This document shows, piece after piece, positions 8,276-16,429 of a stretch of 37,508 nucleotides of DNA. This stretch comes from Nitrospina sp. (lineage in GTDB: Bacteria; Nitrospinota; Nitrospinia; Nitrospinales; Nitrospinaceae). Position 1 is the stretch's first letter, and each line of letters opens with the position of its first letter. The DNA lies in the NCBI GenBank assembly GCA_004357365.1, contig SMVT01000005.1, forward strand, positions 1-37,508, read 5' to 3'. The notes under the pieces are model-generated. The model was not told the origin of the DNA and did not search any database. It saw only the letters and a program-made list of their open reading frames with translations. The position numbers were made by a program, and so were the translations under genes.

Positions 8276-9175
8276 ATGTTGCCCAAGCGTTGGATTCCAG
8301 CGGTTTTGATTTTCTCTCTCCTTTTGGGTTGTGCCAGGTTCCCGTTCCCGCCGCCCCAGCCTGAGATGACGGTGCCTCTCTATCAGGAAACGGCTCTGGG
8401 TGAGGAAGCCTACCGGGAAATCCTGAAACATGAACAATTATCGCAGGACCCGCAGTTGCTCAAAATTTTAAACCGGGTGGGCGGGCAATTGGCGGCGGTG
8501 TCTGCCATGCCGCACCTGAACTGGGAGTTTGCGCTGATCGAATCGAACGAGCGAAACGCCTTCGCCCTGCCCGGCGGCAAGGTAGCGGTCACCACCGGCA
8601 TTCTTCCGGTGTGCGCCAACGAGGCGGGACTGGCGGCGGTGATGAGCCATCAAATCGCGCACGTCGTGGCCCGGCATGGCACGGAGCGCCTGTCCCGGTC
8701 TTTCCATAATTCGGGAAGAGGCGCGGCCATTCCCGCCGGTTTTTCAAACTCCAGAAATAAAAATGAGATCATGACGGCGTTGGGGGTCGGCCCGGATCGG
8801 TCAATGCCTTTCAGCCAGCGCCATGAATTCGAGGCGGACGACCTGGGAATGAATTTGATGGTGCAGGCGGGATATGATCCTATGGAAACCGTGCGGTTCT
8901 GGAGCCGAATCAACCAAATGAAAAGAGGATCGCGGGTACCGGAAATGTTGTTCATCCATCCCATCGACGCCCGCCGCCTGGAGGACCTTCGCCGGCTTCT
9001 GCCGAAAGCGAACCGGGCGTACCAGGCCAATCCGCTCAAACACGGGCTGGGACGATCCATTCTTTATCTGTTGAGCCGCAGGCAACTGATGCCGAAACCC
9101 CACCCCTTATCACCGCCGCCGACCCGGCCCTCGTCAGAGACGGCGCCCACACCCGGGACCCCATTCAACCCATAA
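8276..9175 (+). CDS. M48-family (BepA/YcaL/LoiP-like) metallopeptidase-fold lipoprotein with HQxxH in place of HExxH
   Basis: Lipoprotein signal with lipobox LLLGC (Cys19). M48 core NAFALPGGKVAVTTGIL...AAVMSHQIAHVVARH...HEFEADDLG...AGYDP. Codon 126 is CAA (Gln) where the catalytic Glu is expected. Confidence 0.8.
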   Translation: MLPKRWIPAVLIFSLLLGCARFPFPPPQPEMTVPLYQETALGEEAYREILKHEQLSQDPQLLKILNRVGGQLAAVSAMPHLNWEFALIESNERNAFALPGGKVAVTTGILPVCANEAGLAAVMSHQIAHVVARHGTERLSRSFHNSGRGAAIPAGFSNSRNKNEIMTALGVGPDRSMPFSQRHEFEADDLGMNLMVQAGYDPMETVRFWSRINQMKRGSRVPEMLFIHPIDARRLEDLRRLLPKANRAYQANPLKHGLGRSILYLLSRRQLMPKPHPLSPPPTRPSSETAPTPGTPFNP

Positions 9176-9204
9176 AAAAACCGGCCTCGATGGCGAAGCC
9201 GGTT
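9174..9204 (-). terminator. Rho-independent terminator downstream of rplS (end of the ffh...rplS operon)
   Basis: Reverse strand reads AACCGGC-uucgccaucgag-GCCGGUU followed by a U run (the plus-strand A run at 9174-9180). It lies 29 nt after the rplS stop. Confidence 0.55.
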
Positions 9205-9232
9205 GAGAAAACGGGTGCCGCCGAAACGGGAT

Positions 9233-9649
9233 TCAGGCTTCGGTCTCTGCTTTGGCTTTGGCTTTGGATTTCTTTTTGGATGCCTTGGATTTGCCCTTGA
9301 CCCTCTGGACCCGGATTTCTTTCAAACGCGCCGCTTTGCCGCGCAGTTCCCGCAGGTAGTACAGCTTGGCCTGGCGGACCTTGGCGTGTTTTACGATTTC
9401 CACTTTTTCCACCCGCGGGGAATGCAGGGGGAAGATACGCTCGACGCCGACGCCGAACGATACTTTTCTCACGGTGATGGTTTTGCGGTTCTGACTGCCG
9501 CGCATTTTGATCACGACGCCTTCCACCACCTGGACGCGCTCCTTATTTCCCTCGACGATGCGAAAGTGCACCCGCGCGGTATCCCCAATGCGCACTTCGG
9601 GGGTTTTTTCCTTCATTTCCTTTTGTTCAATCTGATCGACCAAATTCAT
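9233..9649 (-). CDS. rplS: 50S ribosomal protein L19 with a Lys/Ala-rich C-terminal tail
   Basis: [15 protein letters not shown]...[28 protein letters not shown]...[18 protein letters not shown] is canonical L19. The start is ATG 9649. The tail is [21 protein letters not shown]. Confidence 0.95.
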   Translation of the reverse strand: MNLVDQIEQKEMKEKTPEVRIGDTARVHFRIVEGNKERVQVVEGVVIKMRGSQNRKTITVRKVSFGVGVERIFPLHSPRVEKVEIVKHAKVRQAKLYYLRELRGKAARLKEIRVQRVKGKSKASKKKSKAKAKAETEA

Positions 9650-9714
9650 GAAACCCGTCTCCTTCGACATAAAAGCGCGAATCATACCAGTTTCCACGCA
9701 AACTCACAAACAAA

Positions 9715-10299
9715 TTATTCGGCCCCCATCCCCAGTCCCAGCAGGCGGTCCAGGATGATCGCAATGGCCGCCCGGACCGGCAGGTGATTGTAACCGTTCA
9801 GTCCTTCTATCGGGGCCAGTACGATATCGGCCCGTTCCACAAGGCCTTTTTCCAATCCCCAACCGGTCCCGAACACCAGCAGGTAGGGATGATCGTCCTG
9901 CAACGCCTCGCGCACTTCCCGGTAGGACCGGCTCTGCGGAAACCGCTTGGCGTCCGGGATAATGGTCCGCGGCCGCTCTCCCCGGCGCTGGGTGATGTCC
10001 GCCACTGCATCGTCCAGCACGTTCACCACGCGGGTGTTGAGCAGGGCCTGCTTGCGGGTGGGATTGTATTCCGACCCATAACCCTCCAGCCAATGGTCCA
10101 TCAGCCGGTGGACCAGCTTCTGCTGGGTTTCCAGGGGCGTGACGACATAAAACATGCCGACGTTAAACGTGCGGCCGATCCGCGAGATGTCATGCACGTC
10201 CAGGGTGGTCACCGATGAGGTGACGATCTCTCCCGATTTGTTGTAAACCGGGAAATGCACCAGTGCGATATCGATATGGCTATGAACCGATTCGGTCAA
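9715..10299 (-). CDS. predicted SPOUT-class SAM-dependent RNA methyltransferase (TM1570 / Methyltrn_RNA_4-like)
   Basis: 194-aa ORF lying exactly between trmD and rplS, the position I recall for Thermotoga TM1570-type proteins. N-terminal IALVHFPVYNKSGEIVTSSVTTLDVHDISR and C-terminal LLVFGTGWGL...NHLPVRAAIAIILDRL fit a knotted SPOUT fold. The start codon is TTG (10299), which is uncertain. It is very likely coding; the function is from memory. Confidence 0.55.
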   Translation of the reverse strand: MTESVHSHIDIALVHFPVYNKSGEIVTSSVTTLDVHDISRIGRTFNVGMFYVVTPLETQQKLVHRLMDHWLEGYGSEYNPTRKQALLNTRVVNVLDDAVADITQRRGERPRTIIPDAKRFPQSRSYREVREALQDDHPYLLVFGTGWGLEKGLVERADIVLAPIEGLNGYNHLPVRAAIAIILDRLLGLGMGAE

Positions 10300-10320
10300 A
10301 CTATGCCGTAATCAAGTTGT

Positions 10321-11025
10321 TTATTCAGAACCGCCCGTTTGAATATTGCGGTAAAGATCGGGACGGTGTTTGGCCGTTTTCCGGAGCGCCGCCTGCCGTT
10401 TCCATTCTTCGATTTTCTTGTGGTCGCCGGACATCAAAACGTCCGGCACCTGGAACCCCTTGTAATCCCGCGGGCGTGTGTACTGCGGATACTCCAGCAT
10501 TTCGGAAGCGAAGGATTCCTCGGCCAACGACTGCTCATCGCCCACCACCCCGGGCACCAGGCGGGCCACGGTTTCTACAATTACCATTGCGGGCACTTCG
10601 CCACCATTTAATACATAGTCGCCGATGGACAACTCTTCGTCGACCAGTTCGGAAACCCGCTCGTCCACCCCTTCGTAGCGTCCGCAAACGAGGATGATTT
10701 CATCCTTGCCGGAAAGCTCCCAGGCTTTTTTCTGATCGAAACGATAACCGCCGGGCGACAACAGAATACTGTACGCCTTGGGACGATCTTTTTTAACGGC
10801 CTCCAGAGCGCGGTCGATGGGTTCGATGTTCATCACCATCCCCACCCCGCCGCCAAAAGGCGCATCGTCCACCCGCCCGTGCTTGTCCAGCGTGTAGTCG
10901 CGAAGATCGTGCGTCCTGATCTCGACGATGCCTCTTTCCTGCGCCTTGTTCAACAGGCTTTCACGAAACGGGGACTCAAACATCCCGGGAAAAATAGAAA
11001 TAATGTCAAACCGGATGGTCTTCAA
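10321..11025 (-). CDS. trmD: tRNA (guanine37-N1)-methyltransferase TrmD
   Basis: IRFDIISIFPGMFESPF..., GRYEGVDERV, SIGDYVLNGGEVPAMV and PQYTRP are canonical TrmD. The likely start is TTG 11025 (MKTIRFDII), which overlaps the rimM end by 20 nt. The in-frame ATG at 11094 would add 23 non-conserved residues. Confidence 0.9.
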   Translation of the reverse strand: MKTIRFDIISIFPGMFESPFRESLLNKAQERGIVEIRTHDLRDYTLDKHGRVDDAPFGGGVGMVMNIEPIDRALEAVKKDRPKAYSILLSPGGYRFDQKKAWELSGKDEIILVCGRYEGVDERVSELVDEELSIGDYVLNGGEVPAMVIVETVARLVPGVVGDEQSLAEESFASEMLEYPQYTRPRDYKGFQVPDVLMSGDHKKIEEWKRQAALRKTAKHRPDLYRNIQTGGSE

Positions 11026-11524
11026 GCAATCCCTCGATGATATGAAAAATGAGTTTGTTCTCCTTGAGGTCAATGGACTTGACCACGGAGTCAATCATCG
11101 GAAGCAGGAGTTCTTTGTCCCCATCCTGAACCACATACACGTCGTTACTGCCGGTAAAAATGATTTCGGTGATCGTTCCGTAACACCGGCCCTCTTCATC
11201 GAAGACCTGCAGGCCTTCGATCTGAAACCAGTAATACTCCCCGTCCGGCAACGGTGGGAAATCCTCGGTAAAAATTTCGAGAGTCTTCCCCACCAGGGTT
11301 TGCGCCTGTTCAACCGTTTTACAATCCTTGAACTTGACGATCCACCGTCCGCCCTGTCCGCGGACTTTCTCCAGAATCGTTTCGGCAGGCCCCGCGTCGT
11401 CTCCCACAATCCGGGCACGATGAGGTCCTTGAACTCGATTCGGGCCGGTCACCGAAGGTTTAAGTTTAACTTCTCCCTTCAACCCATGGGTTTTCGTAAT
11501 GTCACCAACCGGAACCCAATCCAT
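11006..11524 (-). CDS. rimM: 16S rRNA processing protein RimM
   Basis: N-terminal VGDITKTHGLKGEVKLKP, a PRC-barrel-like C-terminus, and its position between the KH protein and trmD. Confidence 0.9.
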   Translation of the reverse strand: MDWVPVGDITKTHGLKGEVKLKPSVTGPNRVQGPHRARIVGDDAGPAETILEKVRGQGGRWIVKFKDCKTVEQAQTLVGKTLEIFTEDFPPLPDGEYYWFQIEGLQVFDEEGRCYGTITEIIFTGSNDVYVVQDGDKELLLPMIDSVVKSIDLKENKLIFHIIEGLLEDHPV

Positions 11525-11527
11525 GAA

Positions 11528-11758
11528 TTATTCAATAATTTCCAAAACCGCCCGTTTCTTCAACTTGGTCGCGTTGGCGTTTAAAATGGTGCGCATAGCC
11601 CGGGCGGTTTTGCCCTGCTTGCCGATCACTTTGCCCAAGTCTTCCTTGGCCACCCTCAATTCCAGAACCGTGGTTTTCTCACCCACCACTTCCCTGATCT
11701 CCACCTGATCCGGAAAATCCACCAATGCTTTCGCGATGACAATGATAAGATCCTTCAT
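11528..11758 (-). CDS. KH-domain RNA-binding protein (YlqC/UPF0109 family)
   Basis: 76 aa with the KH GxxG region [16 protein letters not shown]. Conserved position between rpsP and rimM. Confidence 0.85.
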   Translation of the reverse strand: MKDLIIVIAKALVDFPDQVEIREVVGEKTTVLELRVAKEDLGKVIGKQGKTARAMRTILNANATKLKKRAVLEIIE

Positions 11759-11874
11759 GCTCGATACCTCCCAGATCCACTGTAGACCCGGCGTTAAATC
11801 TTCGCCGGGTGCAACTCCTTTACAACGATCAGCTTCGAGACAGGAAGATCAAAATGACGTCCTTCGTTAACACC

Positions 11875-12120
11875 TTATAAGGCAACTCCGGCTTTTTTCA
11901 GAAGCGATGTCACGGTCCTGGAAGGCAAAGCGCCTTTCTTGATCCAGCTCTGCACTTTTTCCGCGTCAATCTTAAATTGATCCTCAGCTTTCAACGGGTC
12001 ATAGGTGCCCAACATTTCAAGAAACTTGCCGTCTCTCGGAGCTCGTGAATCGGTCGCAACTACCCTATAGAAGGGCCTCTTTTTTGCTCCTCGTCTACTC
12101 AATCGAATGACTACTGCCAA
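11875..12120 (-). CDS. rpsP: 30S ribosomal protein S16
   Basis: [42 protein letters not shown] is canonical S16. AGGAGG lies upstream of the start. Confidence 0.95.
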   Translation of the reverse strand: MAVVIRLSRRGAKKRPFYRVVATDSRAPRDGKFLEMLGTYDPLKAEDQFKIDAEKVQSWIKKGALPSRTVTSLLKKAGVAL

Positions 12121-12178
12121 TGTTTCCTCCTGTGGTTATGAAAAAAAATAACTTTTATTTAAAAAGGTCTCATCCGGT

Positions 12179-13528
12179 TTAAAAGGGGTTCATGCCTCCT
12201 CGTCCTCCCATCAGGCTTCCCAGATTGAAACCTCGGAAACCGCCGGACGACATTTTTTTCATCATTTTCTTCATCTGCGAAAACTGCTTCAACAGTTTGT
12301 TGATTTCGCTGACGGTAGTGCCGCTTCCCGCGGCGATGCGTTTTTTGCGGCTGCCGTTGATGACGTTGTGGCGCGACCGCTCGTGCGGCGTCATCGAATT
12401 GATGATGGCCTCGATGCGGACAAACGCGCCGTCGTCCACCTTGATGCCCTTCATCAATTTGCCCGCGCCGGGTATCATGCCCAGCAAATCCTGGATCGAC
12501 CCCATTTTGCGCACCTGCCTGAGCTGGTCGCGGAAATCCTCCAGATCAAACGCATTCTTCTTTAATTTCTTTTCGAGCGCTTCCTGCTGTTCCTGCTCGA
12601 AGGTGTCCTTGGCCTTGTCGACCAGGGTCATCACGTCGCCCATGCCGAGTATGCGCGACACGATGCGGTCGGGATGAAACGGCTCGAGGGCGTCCAGTTT
12701 CTCGCCGGTGCCGATGTATTTGATGGGCCGGCCGGTGACGGATTTGATTGACAACGCCGCGCCGCCGCGCGCGTCCCCGTCCATCTTCGTCAGCACCACG
12801 CCGTCGATGCCCACCGCGTCGTGGAACGCCTTCGCCACGTTCACCGCTTCCTGGCCCATCATGGAGTCGGCGATGAACAGCACCTCGTGCGGCTCGATCT
12901 TTTTCTTGATGGCCACAATTTCGTCCATCAACGCAGAGTCAATCTGCTGACGGCCGGCGGTGTCGAGAATCACCACGGTGCGCATTTCATCGCGGGCCTG
13001 CTTCACAGCGTTGGCGCAAATGCTGACCGGGTCTTTATCATCTCCGGCCTGGTAGACGTCGATCTCCAGATCGCGTCCCAATACGTTCAACTGTTCGATG
13101 GCCGCCGGGCGGTACACGTCGGCCGGGACCAGCAGACAGTTCTTGCCTTCCTTCTTGAATTTTTTGGCCAGCTTGCCGACTGTCGTAGTCTTGCCGGAGC
13201 CCTGCAGACCGACCATCAGAATAATCGTGGGCGGGCTGTCGGAAAACCGGATGTCGCTGACCTCGCCCCCCAGCAGACGCTCCAGCTCGTCGTTGACGAT
13301 CTTGACCATCTGGTGACCGGGGGTCAGGCTCTTGAGCACTTCCTGGCCGATGGACTTCTCCCGCACCTTGGCCAGAAAATCCACAATTACCGGCAGGCTG
13401 ACATCCGCCTCAATCAGGGCGACGCGAATCTCGCGCAGGGCTTGGTCGACGTCGGCTTCTTTCAGCTTGCCGCGGCCCTTTAATTTTTTATAGATCGCCT
13501 CGAGGCGGTTGGATAAATTGTCGAACAT
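12179..13528 (-). CDS. ffh: signal recognition particle protein Ffh
   Basis: MFDNLSNRLEAIYKKLKGRGKL; G-domain motifs GLQGSGKTTT, DTAGR and TKMDGDARGG; a Met-rich M domain. The start is ATG 13528. The track ORF extension to 13741 runs into the divergent queC gene. Confidence 0.95.
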   Translation of the reverse strand: MFDNLSNRLEAIYKKLKGRGKLKEADVDQALREIRVALIEADVSLPVIVDFLAKVREKSIGQEVLKSLTPGHQMVKIVNDELERLLGGEVSDIRFSDSPPTIILMVGLQGSGKTTTVGKLAKKFKKEGKNCLLVPADVYRPAAIEQLNVLGRDLEIDVYQAGDDKDPVSICANAVKQARDEMRTVVILDTAGRQQIDSALMDEIVAIKKKIEPHEVLFIADSMMGQEAVNVAKAFHDAVGIDGVVLTKMDGDARGGAALSIKSVTGRPIKYIGTGEKLDALEPFHPDRIVSRILGMGDVMTLVDKAKDTFEQEQQEALEKKLKKNAFDLEDFRDQLRQVRKMGSIQDLLGMIPGAGKLMKGIKVDDGAFVRIEAIINSMTPHERSRHNVINGSRKKRIAAGSGTTVSEINKLLKQFSQMKKMMKKMSSGGFRGFNLGSLMGGRGGMNPF

Positions 13529-13621
13529 ACGTCCGGAAAAGCCTGATTTTACAGATTTTAGGGTATTGTAAACAGCGTAGTATATAATAGCAATCGCTAA
13601 GTGCCAAAGGGAATTAACTTT

Positions 13622-14320
13622 ATGAAAAAAAAGGCGATAGTACTTCTGAGCGGGGGGCTGGACTCGGCCACCGTGCTGGCGATTGCCCTCCAACAGGGGT
13701 ATTCGCCGGTAACGCTCTGTTTCGATTACGGCCAGCGGCACCGGGTGGAGCTGGCCAAGGCACGGGCACTCTCTTTAAAAATGGGGGCCTTGGAGCACAG
13801 GGAGGTCAAGGTCGACCTGCGCCAGTTCGGCGGCTCCGCCCTGACGGACGAAATCGCTGTGCCCAAAGGCCGGACCGATGGGGAAATGAGCGCTGAAATC
13901 CCCATAACCTATGTCCCGGCGCGAAATACCATTTTCCTTTCGTTCGCCCTGGCGGCGGCGGAAATCGCCGGGGCGGAGGATATTTTCATCGGGGTCAACG
14001 CCATCGACTACAGCGGCTACCCCGATTGCCGCCCGGAATACATCCAGGCGTTCGAGCAGATGGCCAACCTGGCCACTAAAGCCGGGGTCGAGGGCACGTC
14101 GAAATTTAAAATCCACACACCCCTCATTCAGATGACCAAAGCCGAGATTATAAAAAAGGGCCTCGAACTCGGCGTCGACTACTCCCTCACCCACTCCTGC
14201 TACCACCCGGACGCTAACGGCCGCCCCTGCGGCCAGTGCGACAGTTGTTTATTGCGAAAGAAAGGTTTCCAAGAAGCGGGGGTTGTGGACCCGCTAATCC
14301 AAATAGGAATCCAGGAATGA
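13622..14320 (+). CDS. queC: 7-cyano-7-deazaguanine synthase QueC
   Basis: [19 protein letters not shown]-loop and a C-terminal zinc cluster, SCY...[14 protein letters not shown]. Confidence 0.92.
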   Translation: MKKKAIVLLSGGLDSATVLAIALQQGYSPVTLCFDYGQRHRVELAKARALSLKMGALEHREVKVDLRQFGGSALTDEIAVPKGRTDGEMSAEIPITYVPARNTIFLSFALAAAEIAGAEDIFIGVNAIDYSGYPDCRPEYIQAFEQMANLATKAGVEGTSKFKIHTPLIQMTKAEIIKKGLELGVDYSLTHSCYHPDANGRPCGQCDSCLLRKKGFQEAGVVDPLIQIGIQE

Positions 14321-14709
14321 AAATTTTTTTAAGCTTGTGGGTCCTTGCCATTCTTGTTCTGTGCCCCAACAGTTATGCGGGAAAGGATACGCTGGGGCAT
14401 GTGGCTTTCTTTTTTACGGACCCGGTTAAAACAGACGCAGATTTTGAAGTGCAGAATGATTTTAATTATTATTACCGGCAATTGGCTCCCTGGCTTAAAC
14501 AAAACGGTTTTTCACATTCCTACCACACCAGCACACCCATTACCTTCAACCTCGATAAAGGAAAATCGATCGTTATCGGGAAAGATCAATTGCAAAACGA
14601 CCTTGGGATGATCTTTTGCAAAATGGATGGGACCTACAAAATCTCGTACGGGGTCGGCACCGATATCGACACGATAATGGCAATAAAGGAATTTTTTGAT
14701 TTTAAGTAA
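14317..14709 (+). CDS. hypothetical secreted protein (130 aa), translationally coupled to queC
   Basis: Its ATG overlaps the queC TGA (ATGA at 14317-14320). Signal peptide [22 protein letters not shown]. Visibly AT-richer than its neighbours. I recognise no family. Confidence 0.6.
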   Translation: MKIFLSLWVLAILVLCPNSYAGKDTLGHVAFFFTDPVKTDADFEVQNDFNYYYRQLAPWLKQNGFSHSYHTSTPITFNLDKGKSIVIGKDQLQNDLGMIFCKMDGTYKISYGVGTDIDTIMAIKEFFDFK

Positions 14710-14712
14710 TCC

Positions 14713-14735
14713 CCCTTCGACAAGCTCAGGACAGG
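14713..14735. repeat. intergenic repeat module B
   Basis: See 5712-5734. It sits in the 46-nt convergent spacer between the orphan gene and the SDR gene. Confidence 0.85.
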
Positions 14736-14755
14736 CTCTTTAAAAAGGGGATAAG

Positions 14756-15475
14756 TTACTGCTGGCTGGTGCGGCCTTTACTGTCTCCACCGTCGACGAA
14801 CAGGACTTCGCCGTTGACGAACGGGCTTGCGAGCAGGTAATCGAGCGCGCGGGTGAGGTCGGATACATCGCCATGGGTTTGGGTCGGCACGTTCTTTTTG
14901 TTGCGGTCGAGGTACTCCTGGCCGTGGCCGGCGGGCGGCAGGATCAATCCCGGCGCGATGGCGTTGACGCGCACCGTCTCGCCCCATTCCACCGCCGCCA
15001 GTTGCGTCACATGCTCCAGCGCCACCTTGCTTACGGAATACGCGGCGAACGCCGGGATGTTCTTCGCAATGCGCTCGTCGAGGAGGTTGAGGATCATCCC
15101 CTGCCCGATGTGTTTCTTGTATTCGCGCATCAAAAGATAGGGCGACATCAGGTTGAGTTGCATGGTATCGATCAGGGTTTGGGTCGACGTCTGTTCGACG
15201 TTTTCCTGAATGAAGTTGGCGGCGCAGTTGACGAGCAGTGTGACGTCGGAAAAATCCGCGGTTACCTGCCCGATCAAGCCTTCGGCAAAGGCCAGGTCAG
15301 AAAGATCACCGGGATAGGTCCGGCACGTCACCCCCGCCTGTTTGGCGTGAGCGAGGACCTGGGCCGGGTCGGACGCGTTATGATGCAGGGCGAGGTGCCA
15401 TCCCCGGTCCGCCAGGTGGCAGGCCAGGGCCTTGCCGAGGCGCACCGCACCGCCGGTGATGATCGCTGTGGGCAT
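14756..15475 (-). CDS. short-chain dehydrogenase/reductase (pteridine reductase / FolM-like)
   Basis: N-terminal AIITGGAVRLGKA cofactor motif, catalytic YSVSK, and IAPGLI. Confidence 0.82.
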   Translation of the reverse strand: MPTAIITGGAVRLGKALACHLADRGWHLALHHNASDPAQVLAHAKQAGVTCRTYPGDLSDLAFAEGLIGQVTADFSDVTLLVNCAANFIQENVEQTSTQTLIDTMQLNLMSPYLLMREYKKHIGQGMILNLLDERIAKNIPAFAAYSVSKVALEHVTQLAAVEWGETVRVNAIAPGLILPPAGHGQEYLDRNKKNVPTQTHGDVSDLTRALDYLLASPFVNGEVLFVDGGDSKGRTSQQ

Positions 15476-15607
15476 GAATTCTCCATGAAAGTGGATTTTG
15501 TTTATAACATACTTGCACTTACGGGAAACATAAAGGGCAAAAACCTGGACAAGGAAATAGGATAGAAATAAATTAAGGGAAGGGATTTATCATAACCTCC
15601 CCTGTAT

Positions 15608-15628
15608 CCCCTCCTTGGTAAGGAGGGG
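15608..15628. repeat. C-rich hairpin module CCCCTCC-ttggtaa-GGAGGGG
   Basis: Near-identical to 28442-28463 (one extra t in the loop). Related to 28305-28325 in the opposite orientation. Confidence 0.8.
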
Positions 15629-15636
15629 AAGATATG

Positions 15637-15698
15637 GGGTCCAGCGTCACGCTGGCCGGGCAAGGCCCGGAGCAGAATTGGGTCCAGCGTCACGCTGG
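15637..15698. repeat. repeat module A: two direct copies of GGGTCCAGCGTCACGCTGG flanking hairpin CCGGGCaagGCCCGG
   Basis: Exact 19-mers at 15637-15655 and 15680-15698. Each contains the hairpin CCAGCG-tca-CGCTGG. Confidence 0.9.
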
Positions 15699-15859
15699 GC
15701 GGCGAACCGCCGCAGGTAAATTTAAAACCTTAAAATTGCGCCCAGTGGTTATCGATTGCCGTCAACGGTTAGCCCGTACCCTCCCCCGGTAGGGTGCGGC
15801 TTTACACAGCCCGGCGGGGTTGATATTATGCGGACAAACCTTTTCAGGGAGTGAGTTTT

Positions 15860-16378
15860 ATGGACGCAAAGCCAGGCAAAAGCGTGAATATCGCCATCAT
15901 GACGGTGTCGGACACGCGCACGGAAGAAGACGACAAATCCGGCAAGACGCTGGTCGACCGCGCCACCGCCGCCGGGCACAATGTGGTCGATAAACAGATC
16001 GTGAAAGACGAGATCCCCATCATCCAGGCGGTCCTTAAAAAATGGATTGCCGACAGCAAGATCGACGTGGTCATCGCCACCGGCGGCACCGGGATGACCG
16101 GACGGGACGTGACCCCGGAGGCGTTTGAGGCCTTATACGAGAAATCGATTCCCGGTTTCGGCGAGCTGTTCCGCTGGCTGAGTTATCAGAATATCAAGAC
16201 GTCGACCATCCAGTCGCGCGCCACCGGCGGCGTGGCCAATGGCACTTTCCTGTTCGCCCTGCCCGGCTCCACCGGCGCCTGCAAGGACGCCTGGGACGAC
16301 ATTCTGGTGCACCAGCTCAACAGCAACAACCCGCCCTGCAACCTGGTGGAATTGATGCCGCGCCTGCTGGAAAAATAG
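15860..16378 (+). CDS. moaB: molybdenum cofactor biosynthesis protein B (MoaB/MogA family)
   Basis: IAIMTVSDTR...DKSG, IDVVIATGGTGMTGRDVTPEA, and PGSTGA. ATG 15860 has AGGGAG 8 nt upstream. Confidence 0.85.
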   Translation: MDAKPGKSVNIAIMTVSDTRTEEDDKSGKTLVDRATAAGHNVVDKQIVKDEIPIIQAVLKKWIADSKIDVVIATGGTGMTGRDVTPEAFEALYEKSIPGFGELFRWLSYQNIKTSTIQSRATGGVANGTFLFALPGSTGACKDAWDDILVHQLNSNNPPCNLVELMPRLLEK

Positions 16379-16429
16379 CCGGCCCGGCCGGCTCACCTTG
16401 GTCCGGCGACGGCCCCCAGGTCCTCTACC

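Noticed and set aside
10321-11094. ATG at 11094 as the trmD start
   Set aside because: It would add 23 non-conserved residues and overlap rimM by 89 nt. The conserved TrmD N-terminus (IRFDIISIFP) begins just after the in-frame TTG at 11025. The choice remains uncertain without N-terminal data.
15637-15698. CRISPR-like appearance of two identical 19-mers
   Set aside because: There are only two copies, and the 24-nt spacer is itself a repeat-family hairpin. The same unit recurs inverted at 5663-5702, and there are no cas genes. It is a REP-like module, not an array.
15700-15859. Possible molybdenum-cofactor (Moco) riboswitch upstream of moaB
   Set aside because: There is a good imperfect hairpin (about 15770-15800, AGCCCGTACCCT...AGGGTGCGGCT). 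However, I cannot find the conserved Moco-motif core sequences as I remember them, and part of the spacer is made of the dispersed repeat modules. It needs a cmscan (RF01055) before any claim.
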